A stretch of 64,000 nt of DNA from NCBI RefSeq assembly GCF_009914755.1, contig NC_060946.1; one strand, 5' to 3'. The position numbers were made by a program, and so were the translations under genes. The number at the start of each line of letters is the position of its first letter. Positions within the stretch are counted from its first letter, which is position 1. Below the pieces are notes generated by a model, which was not told where the DNA came from, made no database searches, and saw only the letters and a list, made by a program, of their open reading frames with translations. Shown here one piece after another: positions 14,548 to 31,900 of this stretch. This DNA is from the human T2T-CHM13v2.0 reference genome, Homo sapiens.

Positions 14548-15446
14548 ACAGGTATTTTTGGTAATCATCTTGAGAAATAAAGACTTCATAAATCATCTTA
14601 CAGTTATGACAATATATAACAACCATATTTCAACTGAATGCAAAGTTGTACCTTTTCATACCCCCACTGTGTTATTAATATCACATATTATCTTTTCTTA
14701 TTGAGTAACTATGAAACACACATTTATGCAGATTTGTGCTTCATTTTTTAAACTCCATAGCAATATTTTGAAAATTTTGTGCACCATCATTATGACAATA
14801 GAGATTTCTATACCTGTTTATATATTTACCTTTAATATAGCACTTTCTATTTTCATATGCTGTTATGATGCTGTGCAGCATCATTTCATTTTTGGACTTG
14901 ATAGACTTTTTTTTACATTTCCTTTAGGACTGATCTAGTGGTTAGTAACACACTCAACTTTTATTTATTCTGGAAAGGCTTATTTTTTTTTTTTTATTTC
15001 TGAAGTGAAATTATTCCAGTTGAAGGTTTTTGTTTGGCAGTACATCTTCTTGTTTAATTACCTTGTCATCTGGGGATTTCTCAGCTACTTTTTAAAAATA
15101 ATCTCTTTATTACTTTTCTGCTGTATTGTTTTTCTAAGACTCCTTTTATAAATACAATTGTCTACTTGATGGTGTGCAGTACATCCCATATTTTTTTCTC
15201 TATTCTGTTTAAATAATTTGTTTTTATGACTCAGTATTTATAACTACAGTGTCATCAATTGTATGATTTTTTTCTGCTTTATTAGTCTGCTTTTGTGACT
15301 GTTGATTGAAATTTTAATATAGTTATTGTGTTATTCAGATTCACAGTTTTTGTTGGTTTCTAAAAATCTTTTGATATCTCATTTTCTTTATGTATCACTT
15401 CTAATATTATTTTGTTGTCTATGCTCTGTTTTTGTTAATTAAGCAG
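14548..15446 (-). mobile_element. Degraded old L1M sequence
   Basis: T-rich antisense L1-like motifs (gatctagtggttagtaacacactcaactttt..tctggaaag). Confidence 0.45.
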
Positions 15447-16867
15447 TTTTTTTCTAATTACATTTTATTGAAAACTGCACTGAATGCTAAATGTCCATCT
15501 TTACAATAAACAACTACAGTAACGGTAACTCGCACTAAAACAAAGGATACTTCTGATAGCCATTATTTTTCTGTTTGTGACAATTTTAAAGTTTTTCTTT
15601 TGTCACAAAAACAGGAAGGTACCTAATCAAAAGATCAAAATAGGCCACCTTTTTAAACAAAAAGGCAATGATTCACAAAAGACTATGAACAGAACATGTA
15701 ACTAATCGATGCAAATCAAATAGTATTTGTTAAAATCTGTCACATCCAATACATCTGAAGTGTTCTTGTATAAAATACAACGTGAAGAAAAGAAGACTTT
15801 ATCAGTGTCTTAAAAAGTGGATTTGTTCATAGACAATCTGACAAGTTACCATTAAAAGTGTTTCTTGTGACATAAGAAAAAGCAACATTATTTTTCTTGA
15901 ATCTTTTTAGTGCAAGACTTTCCACTCAATAAAATAGCAGAGCATCTGAAACTGAGAAAATATTTTTGATTACAAACAGCTTGTGAAACTTAATACTGCT
16001 TTTTTTTTGCATTATCGGAGGCTTTTTCTGAACTTACAACCAACTTGCCCACTCAGCATGCAGTTCAGATGTGAGAGACGCTTCTCTGTACAGGAGCCGG
16101 TACTGTCTTCAATCCTATGAGTGCAGGTGTCTACCACAGGCAAACAGTTTACTCCACATTTTCTAATAATGTGATCTTCCTATTAGCAAAAAGCTGTAAC
16201 CAGTCCCTGTAGACTGAAGGGACTCAAGTGACAAGATGGGGATTTCCTCCTCATGGTTTTTATTTTGATGTTTGAAGTCCTGATGCAACATTCTGAGCAG
16301 GGTTTTCCTGACCTGCTGTGCCCAAGGGACTGATAAAGGAAAAAGTTCTATTTATTCTTTGTGATTTGACGTACAGATGAAAAATGTAACACACAATAAC
16401 GGAAGCTGGTCGTTAATAAATCACACCCTAGTCTTTCAGAGCTTCCGTAAACAGACAACATCTTCAGCTTTCTAACTCTTGTAGTGTTAACACTGCAACA
16501 TCAATGATGCATATGTCCAGAATCAGCTAAAAAGAGCGTCAGATTCTTTTTCTCTTAGTTCATCTATTTTTCAGTGTCCTTGTTCCCAAGTGTATCAAAA
16601 TGATTACCTTCTGGCATTCACTACTATTTCTCGTTGGGGTGCTCTCGATTGTCCCCGTGATTGTGGGCTGGTTGGGAGAGGGCGCTTGGGAAGTATGTGT
16701 CACTGTCGGGAGGTTGTGAGTCACTGGGATGCCTCCAGGGATGATTCCTTCCATGGACGCAGGAAGTCCTCCTGGAGCCACGCCCACGATGACTGGATGA
16801 ATTGCTTGCTGGTCTATTACTGACCAAAGCACAGATGTGACAAAGAATTCCTTGTTCACACAGTTTC

Positions 16868-16869
<2 letters not shown>
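15447..16869 (-). pseudogene. CTBP2: Processed CTBP2 pseudogene, 3' part (C-terminal CDS remnant 16624-16869, ~1.17-kb 3'UTR, AATAAA, poly-A remnant)
   Basis: Translation NCVNKEFFVTS..WSVIDQQAIHP..IVGVAPGGLPASMEGIIPGGIPVTHNLPTV..SQAPSPNQPT, then frameshift, then HGDNREHPNE* matches the CtBP2 C-terminus; AATAAA (tttatt at 15464-15469) lies next to a T run at 15447-15453; no intron. Confidence 0.93.
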
Positions 16870-20471
<3,602 letters not shown>

Positions 20472-20478
20472 TTAATCT

Positions 20479-23400
20479 GCCCTGTAGGCAGATCCTAGAC
20501 AAGAGTTGCATCACCTGGGTGATCAGTGCAGAGATATTTCACAATGCCTCCTGTAGGCAGAGGGTAGACAAGTGTTACATCACCTAGGTGATCAGTGCAG
20601 AGATATTTCACAATACCCACTGTAGGCAAATCCTAGACAAGAGTTGCATCACCTGGGTGATCAGTGCAGACATATTTCACAATGCCCCCTGTAGGCAGAG
20701 TGTAGACAAGAGTTACATCACCTAGATGATCCGGGCAGAGATTTGTCAAAATTCCCTGTAGGTAGAGATTATAAAAGTGTTACATCACCCAGGTGATCAG
20801 TGCAGAGATATGTCACAAAGCCCCCTGTAGGCAGAGCCTAAACAAGAATTCTCTCCCTGGGGTGATCAGTGCAGAGATATGTCATAGGCACCTGTAGGCA
20901 GAGCTTAGATGAGTTACATCACCTGGGTGATCAGTGTAAAGATATGTCACAAAGCCCCCTGTAGGCAAAGCCTAGACAATAGTTACATCAGTTGGGTGAT
21001 CAGTGGAGAGATCTCTCACAATTCCCCTGTAGGCAGAGCTTATACAACAGTTACATCACCTGGGTGATCAGTGCAGAGATACGTCACAAAGCCCCCATAT
21101 GCAGACGCAAGACAAGAGTCCGTCACCTGGGTGCTCCGTGCAGAAACACGTCACAATGTCCCCATAGGCAGAGCCTAGAAAAAAGCCCCATCACCTGGAT
21201 AATCAGTGCAGTTATGTCACAAAGTCCCTTTAGGCAGATCCTAGACAAGTGTTACATCACCTGGTTGATCAGTGCAGAGATATGTCACAATGCCACTGTA
21301 GGCAGAGCCTAGACAAGAGTTACATGACCTAGGTGATCAGTGCAGAGATACATCGCAATGCCCCTGTAGGCAGAGCCTTGACAAGTGGTATATCACCTGG
21401 GTGACCATTGCAGGGATATATCAAAAAGCACCCTGTAGGCAGATCCTAGACAACAGTTACATCACCCGGGTGATCAGGGCAGAGATATGTCACAGTGCCA
21501 TGTAGCGAGAACCTAGACAAAAGTTTCATCACCTGGGAGATCAGTGCAGAGATATGTCACAATATCCCCAGTAGGCAGAGCCCAGACAAGAGTTGGATCA
21601 CCTCGGGATCAGTGCAGAGATATGTCTCAATCCCCCTGTGGGGAGAGCCTAGACAAGAGTTACATCACCTCGGTTAACAGTGCAGATATATCTCAAAATG
21701 TTCCTGTAGGCAGAGCCTACATAAGTGTTACATCACTTAGGTGATCAGTGCAGAGATATGTCTCAATACCCCCTGTAGGCAGAGCCTAGACAAGAGTTAC
21801 ATCACCTGGGTGATCAGTGCAGAGGTATATGACAACGCCCCTTTAAGCAGAGCCAAGACAATAGTTACATCACCTGAGTGATCGGTGCAGAGATATGTCA
21901 CAATGCCCCCTATAGGCAGAGCCTAGACAAAAGTTACATCACCTGGGTGATCAGTGCAGTGATACATGAAAATTCCTCTGTAGGCAGAGCCTAGACAAGA
22001 GTTACATCATCTAGGTGATCAGTGCAGTGATATGTCACAAAAATCCCTGTGGACAGAGCCTAGACAAGAGTTACATCACCTGAGTGATCAGTGCAGATAT
22101 TTCACACAATGCCCCCATAGACAGAACCTAGACAATAATTACATCACCTGGGTTATTAGTACAGAGATTATGTCACGAATCCACCTCTAGGCAGAGTATA
22201 GAAAATAGTCCCATCACCTGAGTGATCAGTGCAGAGATTATGTCACGAATCCACCTCTAGGCAGAGTATAGAAAATAGTCCCATCACCTGAGTGATCAGT
22301 GCAGAGATATGTCACAAAGACACCTGTAGGCAGAGGGTAGACAAGAGTCCCATCACCTGTGTGATCAGTGTAGTGATATGTCACAATGCCCTTGTAGGCA
22401 GAGCGTAGACAAGAGTTGCATTACCTGGGTGATCAGTGCAGAGAAATGTAACAATGCCCCCTCTGGGCAAAGCCTAGAAAAGAGTTACATCGCCTACTTG
22501 ATCAGTGCAGAGGTATTTCACAAAGCCCCCTGAAAGTACAGCCTAGAGAAGAGTTACATCAATTGGGTGATCAGTGCAGTGATATGTCACAATTTCCCTG
22601 TAGACAGAGCCTAGAAAAGGGTTAAATCACCTGTGTGATCATTGCAGAGATATGTTACAATACCCTCTGTTGGCACAGCCTAGAAAAGGGTTACATCCCC
22701 TCTGTGATCACTTCAGAGACATATCAAAACGAACCTGTAGGCAGACCCTACAAAACAGTTACATCACCTAGGAGACCAGTGCAGAGGTATGTCACAATAC
22801 CCCCTGTAGGCAGAGCCCAGACAAGAGTTACATCACCTGGGTGATCAGGGCAGAGATATGTCACAATGTCCCTGTAGGCAGAGCCCAGACAAGAGTTGCA
22901 TCACCTCGGTGATCAGTGCAGAGGTATGTCTCAATGCCTCCTGTAGGCAAAGCCCAGACAAGAGTTACATCATCTCGGTGATCAGTGCAGAGATATGTCA
23001 AAATGCCCCTGTGAGCAGAGCCTAGACAAAATTTACATCACCTGGGTGATCAGTGCTCAGACAAGTCACAATGTCCATGTAGGCAGAGTCTAGACAAGTG
23101 TTACATCACCTGGGTGATCATTGCAGAGTGATGTCACAATGCCCTCTGTAGGTAGATACTAGACAAGAGTTATGTCACCTGAGAGATCAGTGCAGAGATG
23201 TGTCACAACCCACTCTGTAGGCAAACATTAGTCAAGAGTTACATCACATATGTGATCAGCGCAGATATATGTCACTATGTTCCTGTGGCCACGCATAGAA
23301 AAGAGTTACATCATCTGGGTGATCAATGCAGAGATATGTCACGATGTCTCCAGTAGGCAGAGCATAGACATGAGTTACATCACCTCGGTGATCAGTGCAG

Positions 23401-26400
23401 AGATACCTCAAAATACCCCCTGTAGGCAAAGTCTAGACAAGAGTTACATCAACTGGGAGATCAGTGCAGAGATATGTCAAAAATCCCACTGTAGGCAAAG
23501 CCTAGACAAGTTTTAAATAACCTCAGTGATCAGTGCAGAGATGTGTCCCAGTGCCCATGTAGTCAGAGCTTAGACAAATGTCACATCTCCGGATTGATCA
23601 TTGCAGAGATACGTCACAATGCCCCCATAGGCAGAGCCTGGACAAGAGTTACATCACCTAGTTGATCAGTGCAGAGATATGTCACAAAGTCCCCTGTAGG
23701 CAGAGCCTAGAGAAGAGCTGCATCACCTGGGTGATCAGTGCAGAGATATGTCACAATGTCCCCTGTAGGCAAAGCCTAGGCAAGAGTTACATCACCTTTC
23801 TCATCAGTTCAGAGATATGTCAAAAAGCCCCTGTAGGTAGAGCCTAGACAAGAGTTACATCACCTAGTTGATCAGTGCAGAGATATTTCACAATACCCCC
23901 TTTAGGCAGATCCTAGAGAAGAGTTGCATCACCTGGGTGATCAGTGCAGAGATATATCAAAATGCCCCCTGTAGGCAGAGCCTAAACAAGAGTTACATCA
24001 CCTAGGTGATCAGTGCAGAGATTTGTCAAAATTCCCTGTAGGCAGAGCTTATAAAACTGTTACATCGCCTAGGTGATCAGTGCAGAGATGTGTCACAAAG
24101 CCCCCTGTAGGCAGAGCCTAGACAAGAATTCCCACCCCGGGAGTAATCAGTGCAGAGATATATCACAAGGCCCCTGTAGGCAGAGCTTAGATGAGTTACA
24201 TCACCTGGGTGATCAGTGAACAGATATGTCACAAAGCCCCGTGTAGGAAAAGCCAAGACAATGGTTAAATCACTTGGGCGATCAGTGGAGAGATCTCTCA
24301 CAACTCACAAGTAGGCAGAGCTTATACAACAGTTACATCACCTCGGTGATCAGTGCAGAGATATGTCATAATGCCCCCATAGGCAGATGCAAGACAAGAG
24401 TCCGTCACCTGGGTGATCAGAGCAGAAATACGTCACAATGCCCCCGTAGGCAGAGCCTAGACAAAAGCCCCATCACCTGGATGATGAGGGCAGAGTTACG
24501 TCACAAAGACCCTTTAGGCAGATCCTAGACAAGAGTTAAATCAGTTGGGTGATCAGTGCAGAGATATGTCGCAATGCCACTGTAGGCAGAGCCTAGGCAA
24601 GAGTTACATGACCCAGGTGATCAGTGCAGAGATACATAACAATGCCCCTGTAGGCAGAGCCTTGACAAGTGGTACATCACCTGGGTGATCATTGCAGCGA
24701 TATGTCACAAAGCACCCTGTAGCAGATCCTAGACAAGAGTTACATAACCTGGGTGATCAGTGCAGGGATATGTCACAATGCCAGTGTAGGCAGAGTCTAG
24801 ACAAGAGTTACATGACCTAGGTGATCAGTGCAGAGATACATCGCAATGCCTCTGTAGGCAGAGCCTTGACAGGTGGTACATCACCTGGGTGAGCAGTGCA
24901 GAAATATGTCACAAGGTCCCTGTAGGCAGAGCCTAGACAAGAGTTATATCACCTGGGTGATAAGTGCAGTGATATGTCACAATGCCGTGTAGCCAGAGCC
25001 TAGACAAAAGTTTCATCACCTGGGAGATCAGTGCAGAGATATGTCACAATGTCCCCAGTAGGCAGAGCCCAGAGAAGAGTTGGATCACCTCGGGATCAGT
25101 GCAGAGATACGTCTCAATCCCCCTGTGGGAACAGCGTAGACAAGAGTTAAATCACCTTGCTTATCAGGGCAGAGGTATGTCAAAATGCCAGTGTAGGCAG
25201 AGCCTACTCAAGTGTTACATCACTTAGGTGATCAGTGCAGAGATATGTCAAAATACCCCCTGTAAGCAGAGCCTAGACAAGAGTTACATGACCTAGGTGA
25301 TCAGTGAAGAGATACACAGCAAAGCCCCTGTAAGCAGAGCCTTGACAAGTGGTATATCACCTGGGTGACCATTGCAGGGATATGTCACAAAGCACCCTGT
25401 AGGCAGATCCCAGACAAGGGTTACATCACCTGGTTGATCAGTAAAGAGATATTTCAAAATGCAACTGCAGGCAGAGCGTAAGCAAGAGTCCCATCACCAG
25501 GGTGATCAGTGCGGAAATATGTTGCAATGCCCCCATAGGCAGACCCAACATAAGAGTTACATCACCTGGGTGATCAGTGTAGAGATATGTCACAATGCCC
25601 CCATAGGCAGAGACCAGACAAAAGTCCCATCACCTGGGTGATCAGTGCAGAGATATGTCACGAAGCCCCTGTAGGCAGAGCCTAGACAAAAGTTACATCA
25701 CCGGGATGATCAATACAGAGTGATGTCACAAAGGACCTTGTAGGCAGAGCCTAGAGAAGAGTTGCATTACCTGGGTGATCAGTGCAGAGATATGTCACAA
25801 TACCCCCTTGAGGCAGAGCCTAGACAAGAGTTACATCACCTGGGTGATCAGGGCAGATAGGTCACAAGCACCCTGTAGGCAGAGCCCAGACTAGAGTTGC
25901 ATCATCTCAGTGATCAGTGCAGAGATATGTCTCAATGCCTCCTGTCGGCAAAGCCCAGAGAAGAGTTACATCATCTCCGTGACCAGTGCAGAGATATGTC
26001 AAAATGCACCTGTGGGCAGAGCCCAGACAAAATTTACATCACCTGGGTGATCAGTGCAGAGACATGTCACAATGTCCATGTAGGCAGAGCCTAGACAAGG
26101 GTTACATCACCTGGGTGATCATTGCAGAAGATGTCACAACACCCTCTGTAGGCAGAGACTAGAGAAGAGTTACCTCACCTGAGAGATCAGTTCAGAGATA
26201 TGTCACAACGCCCTCTGTAGGCAAAGACTAGACAAGAGTTACATCACCTGTGTGATCAGTGCAGATATATGTCACTATGTCCCTGTGGCCAGAGCATAGA
26301 CAAGAGTTACATCACCTGGGTGATCAGTGCAGAGATAAGACACAATGTCTATCACAATGTCTCCAGTAGGCAGAGCCTAGACAAGAGTTACATCACCTGG

Positions 26401-28927
26401 GTGATCACGTCAGAGATATGTCACAATGCCCCCTGTGGGCAGATCCCAGACAAGAGTTGCATCACCTCGGTGATCAGTGCAGTGATATATTAAAATGCCC
26501 CTGTAGGCAGAGCCTAGACAAGAGTTACATCACCTGGGTGATCAGTGCAGAGATATGTCACGATGTCCCCTGTAGGCAGAGCCTAGGCAAGAGTTACATC
26601 ACCTTTGCCATCAGTTCAGAGATATGTTAAAATGCCCCTTTAGGCAGATCCTAGACAAGACTTGTATCACCTGGGTGATCAGTGCAGAGATTTTTCATAT
26701 TGCCCCCTGTAGGCAGAGGGTAGAAAAAAGTAACATCACCTAGGTGATCAGTGCTGAGATATTTCACAATACCCACTGTAGGCAGATCCTAGACAAGACT
26801 TGCATCACCTGGGTGATCAGTGCAGAGATTTTTCACATTGGCCCCTGTAGGCAGCGGGTAGAGAAGTGTTAAATGACCTAGGTGATCAGTGCAGAGATTT
26901 GTCAAAATTCCCTGTAGGCAGAGCTTATAAAAGTGTTACATCACCTAGGTGATCAGTGCAGAGATATATGTCACAAAGCTCCCTGTGGGCAGAGCCTAGC
27001 CAAGAATTCTCTCTCCAGGAGTGATAAGTGCAGAGATATGTCACAAAGCCCCTGTAGGCAGAGCTTAAATGAGTTATATCACCTGGGTGGTGAGTGCAAA
27101 GTTATGTCACAAAGCCCCCTGTAGGCTAAGCCTAGACAATAGTTACATTACTTGGGGGATGAGTAAAGACATCTCTCACAATTCCCCTGTAGGCAGAGCT
27201 TATACAACAGTTACACCACCTGGGTGGTCAGTGCAGAGATATGTCACAATGCCCCCATAGGCAGATGCAAGACAAGAGTCCGTCACCTGGGTGATCAGTG
27301 CAGAAATAAGTCAGAATGCCCCCGTAGGAAGAGCCTAGACAAAAGCCCCATCACCTGGATGATCAGTGCAGCGTTCTGTCACAAAGTCCATTTAGGCAGA
27401 TCCTAGACAAGAGTTATATCACCTGGGTGATCAGTGCAGAGATATGTCACAATGCCACTGCAGGCAGAGCCTAGACAAGAGTTACATGACCTAGGTGATC
27501 AGTGCAGAGATACATTGCAATGCCCCTTTAGGCAGAGCCTTGACAAATGGTACATCACCTGGATGTTCATTGCAGGGATATGTCACAAAGCAGCCTGTAG
27601 GCAGATCCTAGACAATAGTTATATCACCTGGGTGATCAGTGCAGAGATATGTCACAATGCCACTCTAGGCAGAGCCTAGACAAGAGTTATATCACATGGG
27701 TGATCAGTGCAGTGATATGTCACAATGCCATGTAGCCAGAGCCTAGACAAAGGTTACATCACCGGGGAGATCAGTGCAGAGATATGTCACAATGCACTCT
27801 GTAGGCAAAACCTAGAGAAGAGTTGCATCACCTGGGTGATCAGTGCAGAGATATGTTACAATGCACCCTGTAAGCAATGCCTAGACAAGAGTTACATCAC
27901 CTCGGTGATCACTTCAGAGATATGTCATAACGCCCCTGTAGGCAGAACCTAGAAATGAGTTACATCACCTGGGTGATCAGGGCAGAGATATGTCACAATG
28001 CGCCCTGTAAGGAGAGCCCAGACAAGAGTTGCATCACCTCGGTGATCAGTGTAGAGATATGTCTCAATTAGTCCTGTCGGCAAAGCCCAGAGAAGAGTTA
28101 CATCATCTCGGTGATCAGTGCAGAGATATGTCAAAATGCCCCTGTGAGCAGAGCCTAGACAAAATTTACATCACCTGGGTGATCAGTGCAGAGACATGTT
28201 ACAATGTCCATGTAGGTAGAGCCTAGACAATGGGTACATCACCTGGGTGATCATTGCAGAGTGACGTCACAACGACCTCTGTAGGCAGAGACTAGAGAAG
28301 AGTTACATTACCTGTGTGATCAGTGCAGATATATGTCACTATGTCCCTGTGGCCAGATCCTAAACAAGAGTTACATCACCTGGGTGATCAGTTCAGAGAT
28401 ATGTCGCATTGCCTCCATAGGCAGATCCAAGACAAGAGTCCGTCACCTGGGTGATCAGTGCAGAAATATGTGACAATGCCCCCAATAGGCAGAGCCTAGA
28501 GAAGAGTCCCATCACCTGGGTGATCAGTGCAGAGTTATACCACAAAGCCCCCTGTAGGCAGAGCCTAGACAAGAGTTACATCACCTGGTTGATCAGTGTA
28601 GAGAGATGTCACAATGCCACTGTAGGCAGAGCCTAGACAAAAGTCCCATCACCTGGGTGATCAGTGCAGAGATATGTCACAAAGCTCCTGTAGGCAGAGC
28701 CTAGACAAGGGTTACATCACTTGGTTGATCAGTTCAGAGATGTGTCACAATGCCCATGTAGGCAGAGCCTAGGCAAGAGCTACAACATCTGAGTGATCAA
28801 TGCAGTGATATGTCACTATGCCCCAATAGGCAGAGCATAGTCAAGTGTTACATCACTTGGGTGATCAGTGCAGAGATAGGTCACAATGCCCACATACACA
28901 GAGACTATAAAATATTCTCATCACCTG
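20479..28927 (+). repeat. Beta satellite (68-bp Sau3A/BSR) array, ~120 monomers
   Basis: 68-69-bp unit gatcagtgcagagatatgtcacaatgcccctgtaggcagagcctagacaagagttacatcacctgggt. Confidence 0.97.
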
Positions 28928-31900
28928 CACTACAGCCTGTGTGACAGAGGGAGACCCTGTCGAAAGAAAGGAGTGGAATGGAAGGGATTGAAATGGAATG
29001 GAACAGATTGGAGTAGAGTGGAGTGGAATTGAGTGGAGTGGAGTGGAGTGCAGTGGAATGGAATGGAATGGAATGGTGAAATGAAATGTGAGCTGAGATT
29101 GTGCCACTGCACACCAGCCTGGGTGACAGAGTGAGATACAGTCAAAAGAAAGTACTGGAATGGAATGGAGTGGAATGGAATGTAATGGAGTTGAGAGCAG
29201 TGGAGTGGAGTAGAAAGGAGTGGAATGGAATGGGATGGAATGGAAAGGACTGGAGTGGACTGGAATGGAGTGGAGTGGAGAGGAATGGATTGGAGTGGAG
29301 TGGAGTGGAATTTAATGGAGTAGAATGCAATGGAATGGTGAAATGAAATGTGAGCTGAGATTGTGCCACTGCACTCCAGTCTTGGTGACAGAGTGAGATA
29401 CTCTCTAAAGAAAGGAATGGAATTGAATGCAGTGGAATGGAATGGAATGGATTGGAGTGGAGTGGAGTGGAGTGAAGTGGATTGGAGTGCAATCAAGAGG
29501 AATGGAAAAAGGTGGAATGGAATGGAATGAAGAGGAGTGGAGAGGGGTGGAGTGGAGTGCAGTGGGATGGAGCGGAATGGAACGGGATGGAGTGGAATGG
29601 AGTGGAGTGGAGTGCATTGGAGTGGACAGGACTGGAATGGAGTGAATGGAATCGGATGTAATGGAATGTAGTGCAGTGGAGGGGAGTGGAGTGGAACAGA
29701 GTGGAATGGAACAGAATTGAATGGAATGGAATAGAATGGAAAGGAATGGAATGGAATGGAATGCAATGGAATAGAATGCAACGCAATGGAAAGATGACAT
29801 GTAATGTGAGCTGAGATTGTGCCACTGCACTACAGCCAGGGTGACACAGTGATATCCTGTCAAAGGAAAGGAATGTAATGCAATGGAGTGGAGTGGAGTG
29901 GAATGGAATGGGATGGAGTGGAATGGAGTGGAGTGGAGTGGAGTGAAATACAGTGGAATGGAATGGGATGGAATGGAATGCAATGGAATGGTGAAAAGAA
30001 ATGTCAGCTGAGATTGTGCCACTGCACTCCAGCCTTTGTGACAGAGTGAGATCCTGTGGAAAGAAAGGAATGGAATGGAATGGAATGGAGTGCAATGGAA
30101 TGCAGTGGAGTGGAGTGGAATTGAGTGGAGTGGAATTGAGTGGAGTGGAATTGAGTGGAGTGGAGTAGAGTGGAGTGGAATGGAGTGGAGTGGAGTGGAG
30201 TAGAGTGTAATGGAATGGAGTGGAGTGGAATGGAGTGGCATGGATTGGAATGGAGTGGAGTGGACTGGAGTGGAATGGAGAGGAGTGGAGTGGAGTGGAA
30301 GGGAATGGAATGGAATGCAGTGGAATGGAATGGAATGAAATGGTGAAAAGAAATGTGTGACACAAGGAGATCCTGTCAAAAGAAAGCAGTGGAATGGAAG
30401 GGATTGGAATGGAATGGAATGGATTGGAGTAGAGTGGAGTGGAATTGAGTGGAGTGGAGTGCAGTGGAATGGAATGGAATGGAGTGGAATGGTGAAATGA
30501 TATGTGAGCTGAGATTGTGCCACTGCACACCAGCCTGAGTGACAGAGTGGGATCCTGTCAAAAGAAAGGAATGTAATGGAATGGAGTGGAATGGAATGGA
30601 TTGGAGTGGAGTGGAGGGAAGTGGAGTGGAAAGGAGTGGAATGCAATGGGATGGAATGGGAAGGACTGGAATGGACTGGAAAGGAGTGGAGTGGAGTGGA
30701 ATGTACTGGAGTGGAGTGGAATGGAATAGAATGGAATAGAATGGAATTAAATGGGGAAATATAATGTGAGCTGAGATTGTGTCACTACGCTCCAGGCTGG
30801 GTGACAGAGTGAGATACTCTTGAAAGAAAGGAATGGAATGGAATGCAGTGTAATGGAATGGAGTGGACTGCAGAGGAGTGGAGTGGAGTGGAGTGGAATG
30901 GAGACGAATGGAATGAGATGGAATGGAATGCAATGAAGTGGAGTGGGGTGGAGTGGAGTGCAGCCGAATGGAGAGGAATGGAATGGGATGGAGTGGAATG
31001 GAGTGGAGTGGAGTGCAGTGGAGTGGAGAGGAGTGGAATAGAGTGGAATGGAATAGGATGTAATGGAATGTAGAGGAGTGGAGTGGAGTCGGAGTCGGAG
31101 TGTGATGGAATGTAATGGAAAGGAATGGAATGTAATTGAATGCAAAGAAATAGAAAGTTGACATGTAATGTGAGCTGAGATAGTGCCACTGCAGTCCAGC
31201 CTGGGTGACACAGAGATATCCTGTGGAAAGGAAGCTATGGAATGTAATGGAGTGAAATGGTATGGAATGGAATGGAGTTGATTGGAGTTGAGTGGAGTGG
31301 AACAGAGTCGAATGGAATGGGATGGAGTGGCATGGAATGGAGTGGAGTGGAGTGGAGTGAAATAGAGAGTAATGGAATGGGATGGAATGGAATGCAATGC
31401 AATGGAATGGTGAAAAGAGATGTGAGCTGAGATTGTGCCACTGCACTCCAGCCTCTGTGACAGAGTGAGATCCTTTGGAAAGAAAGGAACGGAATGGTAT
31501 GGAATGGAGTGGAGTAGAGTGGAGTGGAATGGAATTGAGTGGAGTGGAATGGAATGGAATGGAATGCAATGGAAAGCAATGGAATGCATTGGAATAGAAT
31601 GCAGTGAAAAGGAAAGTTGACATGTAATGTGAGCAGAGATTGTGCCACTGCACTCCAGCCTGGGTGACACAGTGATATCCTGTCAAAAGAAAGGAATGGA
31701 ATGCAATGGAATGGAGTGGAGTGGAGTGGAGTGGAATGCAATGGAATGGAGTGGAGTGGAATGGAATGGAGTGGAATGGAACGGTATGGAATGGAGTAGA
31801 GTGGAATGGAATGGAGAGGAATGGAGTGGAGTGGAGTGGAATGCAATCGAATGGAATGTAATGGAAGGGAATGGAATGGAAGGGAATGGAATGGAGTGGA

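Noticed and set aside
20992-28636. Cys/His-rich ORFs resembling zinc fingers
   Set aside because: Translations of beta-satellite monomers; no C2H2 spacing or linker.
20479-28927. D4Z4/DUX4-like or LSau units often associated with beta satellite
   Set aside because: No GC-rich D4Z4 or homeobox sequence seen in the window.
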